Source of the DNA: Chloroflexota bacterium
GTDB lineage: Bacteria > Chloroflexota > Chloroflexia > QHBQ01
Assembly (NCBI GenBank): GCA_043754535.1
Contig: JAYUUN010000105.1
Location: 1 to 64,000, forward strand
Length of the DNA stretch: 64,000 nt
Direction of reading: 5' to 3'
Shown here one piece after another: positions 19,425-29,607 of the stretch (the first letter of the stretch is position 1; the number at the start of each line of letters is the position of its first letter). The notes under the pieces were generated by a model. It saw only the letters and a program-made list of their open reading frames with translations, did no database searches and was not told the DNA's origin. Both the position numbers and the translations under genes were made by a program.

Positions 19425-20243
19425 CTAGTACCGCTTGCTCATACTATTGTTCCGTTGGGCTATGCTCTTGGCCCAAAGGCCACTGGCAATCGGAACGAGC
19501 GCAAGCACTGGTAGAGCAACGCAGGCACCGATGCCAAGGGTTAGCACAGTAAAGAGGAAGGCAGCCGAACCAATCACGAACCAGCCGAAGATCAGCATCA
19601 GGATACCGCCGACCACGTTACCAGCGTAGATATGGCCGATGCCCAGGAAGCCGAGGTAGCCAATCAGTTCGAGCAAGAAGGCGATGTTGGGGTCTTTGGC
19701 TGGTAGTGGGCCGTAAGGTTGTGGCTGGAAGGGCATCTGCTGGTACTGTGGGTCTGGTACCGGGTAGCCAACATGGCCGCCCTGCTGGTACTGCTGCATC
19801 CCCTGCTGGCTCTTGCTGAGGTCTACCAGTTGCGACTTGTTTTCCTGCCCCACATAACCCTGCGTCGGTGCATATGGCTGCTGAGGCTGCTGGTACTGAG
19901 GCTGCTGGTATTGTGGCTGAGGCTGCTGGTACTGAGGCTGCTGGTACTGAGGCTGCTGGTACTGAGGCTGCTGGTAAGGCTGGTTGTAGCTGGGGGGTGG
20001 TTGGGTGTAGCCTGCCGCTTGGTTGTAGCTGGGGGGAGTGGGAGTGAGGGGTTGCGGCGGTGGGCTGTAGGGCTGGGGTGGCGTGTAAGGCTGAGCCAGG
20101 TCTGCGAGGCTTGGTTGCGCGTGGGGCGGCATGGGGGCCTGCTCTGGCAAGGCCTGGGTGGGCGGCTCCCGTCGCTCTGGCTGATGCTGGCCTGGCGGCA
20201 AGTTGCTGCGGAACTGATCGTCACTGTTCTGGTTGTGGCTCAT
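19425..20243 (-). CDS. Pro/Gln/Tyr-rich protein with a C-terminal TM2-like membrane domain
   Basis: Start MSHNQ with an AGGAG RBS; KDPNIAFLLELIGYLGFLGIGHIYAG. The longer ORF call overlaps a tRNA. Confidence 0.75.
   Translation of the reverse strand: MSHNQNSDDQFRSNLPPGQHQPERREPPTQALPEQAPMPPHAQPSLADLAQPYTPPQPYSPPPQPLTPTPPSYNQAAGYTQPPPSYNQPYQQPQYQQPQYQQPQYQQPQPQYQQPQYQQPQQPYAPTQGYVGQENKSQLVDLSKSQQGMQQYQQGGHVGYPVPDPQYQQMPFQPQPYGPLPAKDPNIAFLLELIGYLGFLGIGHIYAGNVVGGILMLIFGWFVIGSAAFLFTVLTLGIGACVALPVLALVPIASGLWAKSIAQRNNSMSKRY
19877..19980 (-). repeat. 15-bp coding tandem repeat (PQYQQ)
   Basis: Repeated GGCTGCTGGTACTGA units. Confidence 0.85.
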
Positions 20244-20354
20244 TAGCAAACTCCTTGTCCTGATCTTCATCTGCCTATTGAACAAGCGTGGGCCAACAAA
20301 TGTTTCAACCCCGCAAAACGAAGAACCGACCACATATCGTGATCGGCTGCTGAA

Positions 20355-20429
20355 TGGTACCCCCGAGGCGACTCGAACGCCTGCTTCAGGCTTCGGAGGC
20401 CTGCGCTCTATCCACTGAGCTACGGGGGC
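20355..20429 (-). tRNA. tRNA-Arg(CCG)
   Basis: GCCCCCGTAGCTCAGTGGATAGAGC-GCAGGC CT CCG AA GCCTG-...GTTCGAGTC...GGGGGTACCA; cloverleaf with encoded CCA. Confidence 0.95.
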
Positions 20430-20444
20430 ATTGTGCTGAGTGTA

Positions 20445-20473
20445 ATTATACCCGAAAGCAGTAGTTTTAGCAA
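20445..20473 (-). promoter_or_regulatory. Promoter of tRNA-Arg
   Basis: TTGCTA-17 bp-TATAAT on the minus strand. Confidence 0.7.
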
Positions 20474-20575
20474 CACTGTCGCGGTGGCGGGCCACGGCCA
20501 GGGACAGCCATGCGTGGATGTAAGTACAGCCCCCGACCTGCTAGATCGGAGGCTGCTCTTACGGCTAGGAGCGAG

Positions 20576-21925
20576 CTATGACTTGAGGAAGGCGAGGTTT
20601 GGGTAGCCGTCGCCAACAACGAGGCTGGGGTCGGCTCCCAGCCAGTTACGTAGCACCGAGCCATAGACGGCGCGGAAGTCTATGTTGAACTTGAGGTCGC
20701 CATTGTCGAGGTCGGTTAGGCTGGGGTGATTGCCGTATACTCCACCACGAATGCCGCCGCTGATCAGGAACATAGGCAGAGCGGTGCCGTGGTCGGTACC
20801 CCCGCTACCATTCTCCTTGACCCGCCGTCCAAACTCGCTGAAGGTCATCAGCAGCACGTCATCGGTGCGCCCGGCTGCTTCGAGGTCGGTGAAGAAGGCG
20901 TTAACCGCGTCGTCGAAGTTCTTCATCAACAGGTCATGCACCGTCTTCTCGTTGGCATGGGTGTCGAAGCCGCCGCTGGTGATGTAGTAAATCTGCGTCT
21001 CCAGCCCGCTGCCGATCATCTGGGCCACCATCTTGAGGCCATCGCTGAAGGGGTTCTTGGCCGCCGCCGTACCATAATCGCCCTTGACCTGATAGTTGCT
21101 GACAATCTTCTTCAGCGTCGCGCTGCTGCCGAGGGCATCCAGGGCAGCCCGACGGATGTAGTCCTCGTACTCACCGTGTTGGCTGGCGGCATCGCAAATC
21201 TGCTCAATTACATCTAGCTGCGCGCTCTGATCCTTGGAGTAGCGGGTATCCGTCTGGAAGGCGTAGCTGTTGAGGCTGGCAATGGAGGGGACGAGCGTGG
21301 TGCTGTCCCAGAAGGTGCGTGGTAGCTGGCTGCCGATGTTGGCGGCGCGGAAGGCGGCATCACGGGCGGCCTGGTCGTCGGCGGCGGAGGCATCGAGGTA
21401 GCGACCGAGCCAGCCACTGGCGGTGCCGCCTGCCTTCTCTGGCGCAGCGGTCTGCCAGATTTCCATGCTGCGGAAGTGCGAACGGTTGGGGTTGGGGTAG
21501 CCTACCCCCTGGATTACGGCCACGTTGCCGCCCTGGTACAGCCGCTTGAGGTTACGCAAGTTGGGGCTGAGACCCACCTTGCCGTCGAGGTCGAGTACCT
21601 GCGTCTGTGGCACCGCCAGGGTTGAGCGAGCCTGGTAGAAGGCGGGGTCGCTGTAGGGGATCACGGTATTGAGGCCGTCGTTGCCGCCAGTGAACTGTAC
21701 GACAACGAGGATGCGCTTGCCAATGGCATGGTCGCTGACCGCTTGCTGGCCTGCGGCCTCGGCTGCCGCCGCGCCACTGTTGACGGCGGCGGCGGCGTGC
21801 GCGCTGCTGATGGCATCGCGCCCTTGCAAGGCAGCCGCTCCCTTGACCAGGAAGGTAGGCGCACCAATGCCGATAGCCGACATGATCGCGCCCCGCTTGA
21901 GGAAGTCACGTCTGGAGACTGTCAT
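20576..21925 (-). CDS. DUF1501 family protein with Tat signal
   Basis: SRRDFLK, GGNDGLNTVIP, PNRSHFRS, GGFDTH, SEFGRR...GTDHG. Confidence 0.9.
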   Translation of the reverse strand: MTVSRRDFLKRGAIMSAIGIGAPTFLVKGAAALQGRDAISSAHAAAAVNSGAAAAEAAGQQAVSDHAIGKRILVVVQFTGGNDGLNTVIPYSDPAFYQARSTLAVPQTQVLDLDGKVGLSPNLRNLKRLYQGGNVAVIQGVGYPNPNRSHFRSMEIWQTAAPEKAGGTASGWLGRYLDASAADDQAARDAAFRAANIGSQLPRTFWDSTTLVPSIASLNSYAFQTDTRYSKDQSAQLDVIEQICDAASQHGEYEDYIRRAALDALGSSATLKKIVSNYQVKGDYGTAAAKNPFSDGLKMVAQMIGSGLETQIYYITSGGFDTHANEKTVHDLLMKNFDDAVNAFFTDLEAAGRTDDVLLMTFSEFGRRVKENGSGGTDHGTALPMFLISGGIRGGVYGNHPSLTDLDNGDLKFNIDFRAVYGSVLRNWLGADPSLVVGDGYPNLAFLKS

Positions 21926-21969
21926 CTTCTTACCCTCTCAAGGCGCAGGGTTTGCGCCCACATACTACT

Positions 21970-23289
21970 TCAGTTCAATTGGTAGGCTGGCGAGGCAACG
22001 ACAAGGTGGGTCAGGCCGCGTGCCTTACCATCCGCATCGGCGTTGGTCTGGCTGAGGTCAACATTGCTGGCGTAGTCGCGCAACTTCTGGCGCACGCCGT
22101 CGCTAACGTTGTCGTCGGTCAGCAGACCGAGCAGGTAGTTGGTCGCATCACCGCCATTGCTGGCATTGTTGTTGTGCAGCAGGCCGAGGATATCGGTGTA
22201 GAGTGGCTTGCCCTTGTCGCGCTGGCTGAGAATGCTATTGGCGATGTTAGCGCGGGCGAAGTAGGTGTTGGTCGAAACCCAGTCCGTTCCCCAATCCCAG
22301 CCCTTCACGCTTGGTGGGTTGTAGAGATCCATGCCCATCTGGCGCATCGCAATTGCCAGCATCTTGTTCGGGTTGCTTACCCCCAGCGACTTGACCATAC
22401 CCACCAGGTAGTCGGCAGGTGACTTGACCTGCGCCCGGTAGTTGGCTTCACTTTGGAACTCGTCACTGCTGAGGATCGCCTGCACCATTGCGCGCACGCT
22501 ATACTGGCTGTCAAAATAGACCTTGCTGATGCTGCTGACGAAGCCCTCGCTGGGCTGGTCGGTGACGAAGAAGGTGATCAGCTTGTGAGCAAGGAAGCGA
22601 CCAGCAGCGGGCTGGCGTAGGGCAATGTCGATCACGTCGTCGCCATTTAGCGTCCCACTCTGGCCCAGCACCGTCTTGTTGCCACCGTCGTGTTGGGCCT
22701 TGTTGAAGTAGAAAGCACCCATGCGCTCGAACCAGCCGGTGAAGGCACGGGCCGACTCTTTAACATCTTGTTCGCTGTAGTTGCCAATGCCGAGGGTGAA
22801 CAACTCGAACAACTCCCGCGCCCAGTTCTCGTTTGGTGAACCCTTGCGATTGGTGTTGCTGTCTAGCCAGCGCAGCATGGCCGGGTCGCGGGCAACAGCC
22901 TTGACGATTACATCGAAGTTGTCTAGCGCGTGCTGGCGAAAGAGGTTGTTCTGTCGCTGCATCGCCACTGCATCCTTCACCTTGTCATAGCCAGTCGCGA
23001 AGTGATTGTGCCAAAAGAGGGTCATCTTCTCCTCTAGCGGGCGGTTGGTGTAGATCATCCGCAGCAACCAATAATACTGTACGTCCTGTATCTTAGCCGG
23101 GTCGAGAGCTGCCCCCTCGCGGGCCAGGATCGCGTCCAACGCGCTGTTGTCTGCGTCCTGGTAGTTCAGCAAGCGATCAACCGCCGTGGTGTGGTCAAAA
23201 GTGGCGAAGTCTGCAAGCTCGCCTGGGTTGCCGCCGAAGCCTACCCGCCGTAGCAGGTGTGCTGCTACCTGTTGCCTGGTCAATGCCAT
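21970..23289 (-). CDS. DUF1800 family protein
   Basis: HLLRRVGFG, EKMTLFWHNHF, PNENWARELFELFTLG, PPSVKGW; paired with DUF1501. Confidence 0.9.
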   Translation of the reverse strand: MALTRQQVAAHLLRRVGFGGNPGELADFATFDHTTAVDRLLNYQDADNSALDAILAREGAALDPAKIQDVQYYWLLRMIYTNRPLEEKMTLFWHNHFATGYDKVKDAVAMQRQNNLFRQHALDNFDVIVKAVARDPAMLRWLDSNTNRKGSPNENWARELFELFTLGIGNYSEQDVKESARAFTGWFERMGAFYFNKAQHDGGNKTVLGQSGTLNGDDVIDIALRQPAAGRFLAHKLITFFVTDQPSEGFVSSISKVYFDSQYSVRAMVQAILSSDEFQSEANYRAQVKSPADYLVGMVKSLGVSNPNKMLAIAMRQMGMDLYNPPSVKGWDWGTDWVSTNTYFARANIANSILSQRDKGKPLYTDILGLLHNNNASNGGDATNYLLGLLTDDNVSDGVRQKLRDYASNVDLSQTNADADGKARGLTHLVVASPAYQLN

Positions 23290-23525
23290 CTCAGTTCTAC
23301 CTTTCCTGCGTGTCCAGCATAACCTGCCTGGTTGCTACGTTACCCCCACATCATACTTGAGGGAGGTAAACGTGTCATTAGCGCAGCGTAAAATGCTTGT
23401 AAAACAGCAGGGTAGAGTGGAGCGGGGATAGAGAAAGGATTACTGGTTAGGGGACAGGCGGCAAAGGCGCAATGCTGCGCCCCCTTGCGGTTTTTGGCTA
23501 CCCCGCCAGTTGCCGCCCCCACTGG

Positions 23526-25005
23526 CTAGTAGGCGGCCACCAGGCTAGTGCTGGGAGGGGCAACTTCGGTGGTCAGTTCGTCCATCAAGCTGTTTAGCTG
23601 GCTAGCTGTGCCTGCCAGTTGCTCGCTGAGGATAGCGGTCTGGCTGGAGAGGTCGGATACCCTTTCCATTGCAGAGACGATCAGGCGGGTAGCCTTGCCT
23701 TGCTGCTCGGTCGAACTAACGATCAGGTAGCTCTCCCGCGTCACCTCGTCCACCTGACGAGCCAGTTCGCTAATCCTTTGCTCGGTAGTGCTGCTAGATT
23801 GCTGGCTCTGGTGTACCGAGGTGACGGCCTGGGTTGCGTCACGCAGCATAACCTGCACAGTACCTTGCATTGCGGCTACCAGCTCGCTGATCTGGGCGAC
23901 AGCCGTGTTGACCTTGCTTGCCAGCTTACCCACCTCACTTGCGACGACGGCGAAGCGTTTGCCCACCGCCCCTGCCCCCGCCGCCTCGATGGTGGCATTG
24001 AGGCTAAGGAGGTGCGTTTCGTCGGCGATCTCGGTGATCAAGGCCAGCACGTGTCTGACCTGCGCGACGCGGCTCTCAACCTGGCGGGCAGCGGACTGCA
24101 TCTGTTCACCAGCGAGAGCAGCGCGATTGAGTTGCTCACGGTCGCTAGCAAGGCTGCGGCTGGAGTCCTCGGCCTGGCGGGTGGTCTGTTCGCTACTATC
24201 GCGCACCCGCCTAGCCGAGTTGGCGATTTGCTCAGCGGTGGCAGAGAGTTCTGCCACCTGCGCTCTTACCTCTTGGAGCGAACTGGCCGCCCCTCGTGCT
24301 GCCCCCCGCTGCTGGCTGCTGCTCATCAGGCCATCGGCCATGCCGCCAGCTCGCTGCTTCGCCAGTTGCTCTCGCTCCACCCCAGCTTCGATGGTCAGCA
24401 AGGCTTGCTGGGCGCGGGCAGCATTCTGCTGGGCAGTACGCGCTGTTTGCTGCTGGGCATTAGCAAACAGGGTGAGTAGCACAGCAATGATCAAGTTGGC
24501 AGCAAGGATCGTAATCACATCACCAAGGTTCTGCCCCGCAGCAGGTCCAAAGTAGATAGCTATCAGGTAGGCTACGGCGGCGAATCCAGCTACCGGTGGG
24601 ATCGCCCGCCCCCCGATCAGCACTCCTGCCAGGGCGATGCTCAGGGTACAGCCAAAGACGCTGGTGCTGGAGGGGTATTGGGAGATCGAGATACTCGCCA
24701 TCAGGATCGGGGCAATTGCGCTAAGACACTTTGCAACTACCATCAGCCGTTGTTGCTCGCCGCTATCCGCGCAGGATCGGGGCAATTGCGCTAAGATACT
24801 TTGCAACATTAAGCTGGAAGCGGGCGGCAACGATGATCGCCAGCCCAATGCCGAGTGCCATTATCTCAGCAATGATAGAAAGCTGGCTGCCATCAGAGAA
24901 GTCTCGCCACAGGCTGTAAATGCCGACCCCAGCAGTAGCCGCGCCCATCAAATATAGTACCCAGCGAGTATTCCGTTCGCTACTGTCAACTTCTTGCATT
25001 GCCAT
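23526..25005 (-). pseudogene. Methyl-accepting chemotaxis-like protein frameshifted by a 70-bp insertion
   Basis: MCP hairpin LLSLNATIEAAGAG...FAVVASEV. The N-terminal part (start ATG 25005) and the C-terminal part share a duplicated VAK(Y/C)LSAIAPIL; removing 70 bp gives one ORF of 469 aa. Confidence 0.8.
24702..24807. repeat. 36-bp direct repeat pair flanking a 34-bp unique insert
   Basis: CAGGATCGGGGCAATTGCGCTAAGA(C/T)ACTTTGCAAC at 24702-24737 and 24772-24807, one mismatch. Confidence 0.95.
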
Positions 25006-25323
25006 AACTTCCCCTCTTGTTGCCTCGGATGCCACCGCCCGCTCTATCCGCCGGTTAGCCCTTCATGGGCAAGAGTGAGTAGGTGGCGTTGCTATCCTGG
25101 TTCTACTGCTGTCCGCGTTAATCATTATAGCACAGATGGGAGCTTCGATCAACATGAGCATAGCAGCCGCTGATGCTTGCTAACCTCACCAGAACTTTAC
25201 CAAACGCCCTACTTGCAGACTGGCAAGCAGCCCCTGCAACAACGCTGCTGGCACGCTGCGTGCTTGTTGATGCTGGCCTGCTCTGCCGTAAGAGAGTGAG
25301 CAACAAAGACAGGGGGTAGAAGA

Positions 25324-26460
25324 TTGGCTTCGGCTGAAAGATCGTCGTTCAACAGCTTCTTTATGGCTGGGTTTGAGTGTTCCACTCATGTTCTGCGCGA
25401 CGGGCGGCGGCTAGACCTCGTGGCCGCGACTGACCACCAGCGTTTCGCCGCCGCAGACTACGCGCGCATCCGCGAACGAGGGCTGCTGACCGCCCGCGAG
25501 GGCATTCGCTGGCACCTGATCGAGCTGTCGCCCTACCAGTATGATTGGAGCAGCGTGCTGCCAATCTTGCGGGCGGCCCGTGCCAATGGGGTGCAGGTAA
25601 TCTGGGACATCATCCATTTCGGCTGGCCGCCCGACCTGAACATCTTCAGCCCTGAGTTCGTGCGCCGCTACGTTGCGCTTGCCCGCGCCTTCGCCCAACT
25701 GCTGGTTGCTGAAGGGGAGATGGTGCCGTTCATCGCCCCAGTCAACGAAATCTCCTTCTCCGCTTGGGCCGGGGCGAGTGTCGCTTACATCAACCCCTTC
25801 GTTGGCGGTCGTGGCGACGAGTTGAAGGAGCAACTGGTGCGCTGCGTGATCGCGGGCATCGAGTCGATCCGCGAGGTTGCCCCCGCCGCCCGCTTCGTCC
25901 ACCCCGACCCGACAATCAATGTCGTCCCCAATCCACGCCGCAAGGGGCAGCAGGGGGCGGCACGTAGCGCAACGCAGGCGATGTTCGAGGGGTGGGACAT
26001 GATCGCAGGGCGCAAGGCTCCGCACCTGGGTGGGCGGCCCGACTACCTGGATGTCATTGGCATCAACTTCTACCCGCACAACCAGCGGCTACTTGACCCC
26101 CCGACCACGATCCGCCGCGGCCACCCGCTGTTCCGCAACTTTCGCCATATCCTGGCCGAAGTCCACAACCGCTACCACCGCCCGATCATCGTCTCCGAGA
26201 CGGGGGCCGACGGCGACGAGCGGGCGGATTGGCTGCGCTACGTAGGCCGCGAGGTGCGCTTGGCCCAGTTGGCAGGGGCAACAGTGGCAGGGGTCTGCCT
26301 CTATCCGATCCTCAACTTCCCCTGGTGGGACGACGACCAGCATCTCTACAATGCGCTGTGGGATTATGCCGATGAGCAGGGAGAGCGCGAGATTTACGCG
26401 CCGCTGGCGGCAGAGTTGGCCGAGCAGCAGAGCTTGTTTGCCCAGCCAGCGGCGGTGTAG
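25324..26460 (+). CDS. Beta-glucosidase-like glycoside hydrolase (clan A TIM barrel)
   Basis: FMAGFECS, PVNEIS (acid/base), IIVSETG (nucleophile), DVIGINFYPHNQ. Confidence 0.8.
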   Translation: MASAERSSFNSFFMAGFECSTHVLRDGRRLDLVAATDHQRFAAADYARIRERGLLTAREGIRWHLIELSPYQYDWSSVLPILRAARANGVQVIWDIIHFGWPPDLNIFSPEFVRRYVALARAFAQLLVAEGEMVPFIAPVNEISFSAWAGASVAYINPFVGGRGDELKEQLVRCVIAGIESIREVAPAARFVHPDPTINVVPNPRRKGQQGAARSATQAMFEGWDMIAGRKAPHLGGRPDYLDVIGINFYPHNQRLLDPPTTIRRGHPLFRNFRHILAEVHNRYHRPIIVSETGADGDERADWLRYVGREVRLAQLAGATVAGVCLYPILNFPWWDDDQHLYNALWDYADEQGEREIYAPLAAELAEQQSLFAQPAAV

Positions 26461-26463
26461 CCG

Positions 26464-27645
26464 ATGAATGAGCGACTGAGCCAGCTAGCAATCCTGGCGA
26501 CGCGGCCACCTCTCCCCAACCTCTGCTTGTTTACTGACAGCGAGGAGCCGAGTGGGGTGGGTGAGCATATGCTAACCCTGGCTGCCGAGTTGCGCGCGAG
26601 TTTCACGATCACCTTCGTCTGCCCCCCCAGCCCCGCAGGCCTGGTCTTCCTCAAACGCGCCGCCCGCCTGGGCTTGGCCGTACTGCCCCTGGCTGCACCC
26701 TACCACGAGCGGGCGGCGGTGGGCGAGCTGGAACGCTGGTTGGCTGCCAATCCCTGCGATATCTTCCATGTCCACGCAGGCATCGGTTGGGAGGGGTTTG
26801 GCGGGGTCGAGGCGGCGCGGGCAGCAGGTATCCGGGCGATAGTGCGGACAGAACACCTACCCTACCTGCTCACCCACCCGGCCCAGCAGCTTGACCACCG
26901 CCGCATCGTGGGCAATGTGGATCGCCTGATCTGCGTCTCCGAGGCCGCCCGCCAGAGCTTTGCCGCCAGTGGACTACCAGCCAGCCGCCTACGCGTCGTC
27001 CACAATGGCATCTCCACGCTGCCGCTTTATGGCGACCGTCGGGCGGTGCGTGCTGAGCTTGCTCTGGCAGACGATGCGCCGTTGGTGCTAACTGTCGGGC
27101 GACTGGTCGAACAAAAGGGCCACCGCTACCTGCTAGCCGCGATCCCCTCTATTCTGGCCCAGGTGCCTGCTGCCCAGTTTCTCTGGGTGGGTGAGGGTCC
27201 ACTGCGGGGGGTGTTGCAGGCAGAGTCTGCCACTCTCGGTCTCAACGTCCACCTGCTGGGCCGCCGCGACGATGTGCCACGCTTGCTGGCTGCCGCCGAC
27301 CTGTTCGTGCTACCGTCCTTGTTCGAGGGCTTGCCGCTAGTGGTACTAGAGGCGATGGCTGCTGGCCTACCTATTGTTGGTACCAACGTTTCTGGTACCA
27401 GTGAAGTCGTGCGCGATGGCGTTAGTGGGCGACTGGTGCCAGCCGCCGACGCGCCCGCTCTGGCCGCCGCGATCAGTGGCCTCCTGACCAACCCGGCCCT
27501 GGCCCGCCGGATGGGGGCCGCTGGGCGCGATTGGGGCCGCAGCCACTTTAGTGCGGCGCGCATGGCCGCAGAAACAGCCGCGATTTACCGCGAGTTGCTG
27601 ACCTACAATACACCCTACTATGTGACGAACGCAGCAGAGGTTTAA
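26464..27645 (+). CDS. Glycosyltransferase family 4
   Basis: VGRLVEQKG, PSLFEGLPLVVLEAMA (EX7E). Confidence 0.92.
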   Translation: MNERLSQLAILATRPPLPNLCLFTDSEEPSGVGEHMLTLAAELRASFTITFVCPPSPAGLVFLKRAARLGLAVLPLAAPYHERAAVGELERWLAANPCDIFHVHAGIGWEGFGGVEAARAAGIRAIVRTEHLPYLLTHPAQQLDHRRIVGNVDRLICVSEAARQSFAASGLPASRLRVVHNGISTLPLYGDRRAVRAELALADDAPLVLTVGRLVEQKGHRYLLAAIPSILAQVPAAQFLWVGEGPLRGVLQAESATLGLNVHLLGRRDDVPRLLAAADLFVLPSLFEGLPLVVLEAMAAGLPIVGTNVSGTSEVVRDGVSGRLVPAADAPALAAAISGLLTNPALARRMGAAGRDWGRSHFSAARMAAETAAIYRELLTYNTPYYVTNAAEV

Positions 27646-27672
27646 GCAAACAGAGGAGAGAAGGTAGCATAG

Positions 27673-28635
27673 ATGATAAAGACACGAATCGGTTTTATCG
27701 GCGCGGGCGGCATCGCCAGCCGCCACCTGGGTGACTTGCTTGGCTTTGAGGATGTGCAGGTGGTTGCTCTGGCTGACCCCGCCACTGAGCGGGCGCAGGA
27801 GCAGGCTGCTCGTTGCGGCGGCAAGGTCTACGCTGACTACCGCCAGATGTTGGACAACGAGCAGCTAGACGCACTCTACATCTGTGTGCCGCCCTTCGCG
27901 CACGGTGGGCCAGAGTTGGCAGCGGTCGAGCGCGGCCTACCCTTCTTTGTCGAGAAGCCGCTGGCTGTCACTGGCGAAGCTGCCCAGCAGATCGCCGACG
28001 CAGTAGCAGCAAAGGGGCTGGTGACGGCGGTCGGCTACCATTGGCGTTACCTGGATACGGTGGCCGAGGCCCAAGAGTTGCTAGCCCAGAATCCTGCGCG
28101 CTTGGCCCTCGGCTACTGGCTGGACAGCACGCCCCCGCCTGCCTGGTGGCGGCATCAGGCTGAGTCGGGCGGCCAAATGGTGGAGCAAACCACCCACATC
28201 TTTGATCTCGCCCGCCTGCTGATTGGTGATGTAGAGCAGGTCTACGCCAGCGGCGCGACCAAAAAGCGCGCCCAGTTCCCCGACCTTGACCTGTTCGATG
28301 TGACAGCGGCCACCCTCAACTTTGCGGGCGGGGCAATCGGCAGCTTGGCCTCTACCTGCTTGCTCAACTGGCCGCACCGGGTGGGGCTGCACCTGTTCAG
28401 CGAGGGCATGGCGATTGAGTTGACCGAGTTCGAGATCATGGTGGATGTGGGGCGGGGGCGACCAACCCGCCGGGCTGAGGGCGACCCCTTTGTGCGCGAA
28501 GACCGCGACTTTGTAGACGCGGTGCAGGGCAAGCCCAATCGCATCCGCTCGCCCTACAGCGAAGCCCTCAAAACGCACCTGCTGACTACCGCCGCCGAAC
28601 GCTCCGCCCGCGAGGGACAGGCGATCAAGCTCTAA
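27673..28635 (+). CDS. Gfo/Idh/MocA family oxidoreductase
   Basis: IGFIGAGGIA, VEKPLA, EQTTHIFD. Confidence 0.92.
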   Translation: MIKTRIGFIGAGGIASRHLGDLLGFEDVQVVALADPATERAQEQAARCGGKVYADYRQMLDNEQLDALYICVPPFAHGGPELAAVERGLPFFVEKPLAVTGEAAQQIADAVAAKGLVTAVGYHWRYLDTVAEAQELLAQNPARLALGYWLDSTPPPAWWRHQAESGGQMVEQTTHIFDLARLLIGDVEQVYASGATKKRAQFPDLDLFDVTAATLNFAGGAIGSLASTCLLNWPHRVGLHLFSEGMAIELTEFEIMVDVGRGRPTRRAEGDPFVREDRDFVDAVQGKPNRIRSPYSEALKTHLLTTAAERSAREGQAIKL

Positions 28636-28677
28636 GCCGCCCACCTTGCCGCTGGCAGCGGCGAAAGGAATAGCACG

Positions 28678-29607
28678 TTGACCAAACCACTGACTTTCGG
28701 CTGGATCATGCAGCCCGCCCTGTTCAACGACCCACCCGGCCTGCCCGCTAGCGACCCCAGCATCGCCCGCGCCAACATTGCGGCCAACGAGCAGCACGTG
28801 GAGATCGCCCGTGCTGCTGGAGTGGACACGATCTGGGTAGAAGACCACATGGGCTGGGGTGACAAGGCCCACCTTGAGTGCTTCACCAACATGGCCTGGC
28901 TGGCAGGACGGCATCCCGGCCTGCGCTGGGGGACGATGGTTTGCGGGCAAGCCTTCCGCAATCCTGCTTACCTGGCAAAGCTGGCCGCCAATATGCACCT
29001 GCTCACCGAGGGCCGCTTCATCCTCGGCATTGGCGCGGGCAACAACCCCGGTGAACACCACGAGTACGGCTACCAGTTCCTCCCCCCTGGCGAGCGCGTC
29101 GCCCAAACCGAGGAGGCGATCAAGGTGATCAAGGCTCTCTGGCAGGACAGCCCCGCCAGCTTCCAGGGCAAGTATTACCAGATCGACCACGCCTTCAGTT
29201 CACCGCGACCAGATGGCCCGCTCCCGCTGATGATCGGCGGCATGGGCGAGAAGAAGCTGCTGCGCCTGGTCGCTGAGCAAGGCGACTGGTGGTGCAGCGA
29301 CATCGCCCCGCTGGAGGTTTTCCGCCACAAAGTTGGCGTGCTACGTGACCACTGTGCGACGGTGGGTCGTGACCCGCAGGCGATCACCAACGCCCAGGTG
29401 ACCTGGATAAGTGTGGAGGAGGACTCGGCCCACGCCACCCGCTGGGATAACCTGCACATCGTGGCGGGCAACCCCACCGAGGTGGCGGCTGAGTTGCGTG
29501 CCTTTCACGAGGCGGGGGCCGACCACTTCCAGATGCGCTTTATGGACTACCCCAACCCGGCGGGTTTCGAGCGATTCATCAGCAAGGTGCTACCCCAACT
29601 ACGATGA
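28678..29607 (+). CDS. LLM-class flavin (possibly F420)-dependent oxidoreductase
   Basis: IWVEDH, FRNPAYLAK, GRFILGIGAG, PLMIGG. Confidence 0.88.
   Translation: MTKPLTFGWIMQPALFNDPPGLPASDPSIARANIAANEQHVEIARAAGVDTIWVEDHMGWGDKAHLECFTNMAWLAGRHPGLRWGTMVCGQAFRNPAYLAKLAANMHLLTEGRFILGIGAGNNPGEHHEYGYQFLPPGERVAQTEEAIKVIKALWQDSPASFQGKYYQIDHAFSSPRPDGPLPLMIGGMGEKKLLRLVAEQGDWWCSDIAPLEVFRHKVGVLRDHCATVGRDPQAITNAQVTWISVEEDSAHATRWDNLHIVAGNPTEVAAELRAFHEAGADHFQMRFMDYPNPAGFERFISKVLPQLR

Noticed and set aside
20244..20495. N-terminal extension of ORF 19425..20495
   Set aside because: It overlaps tRNA-Arg and its promoter; a good RBS supports the start at 20243.
20576..23289. DUF1800-DUF1501 pair as novel
   Set aside because: A widespread, well-known pair of unknown function, with nothing unusual here.
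24702..24807. Annotating the repeat pair as a bona fide CRISPR array
   Set aside because: Only two repeats, no leader or cas genes, and the repeat is native coding sequence; kept only as an off-target integration hypothesis.
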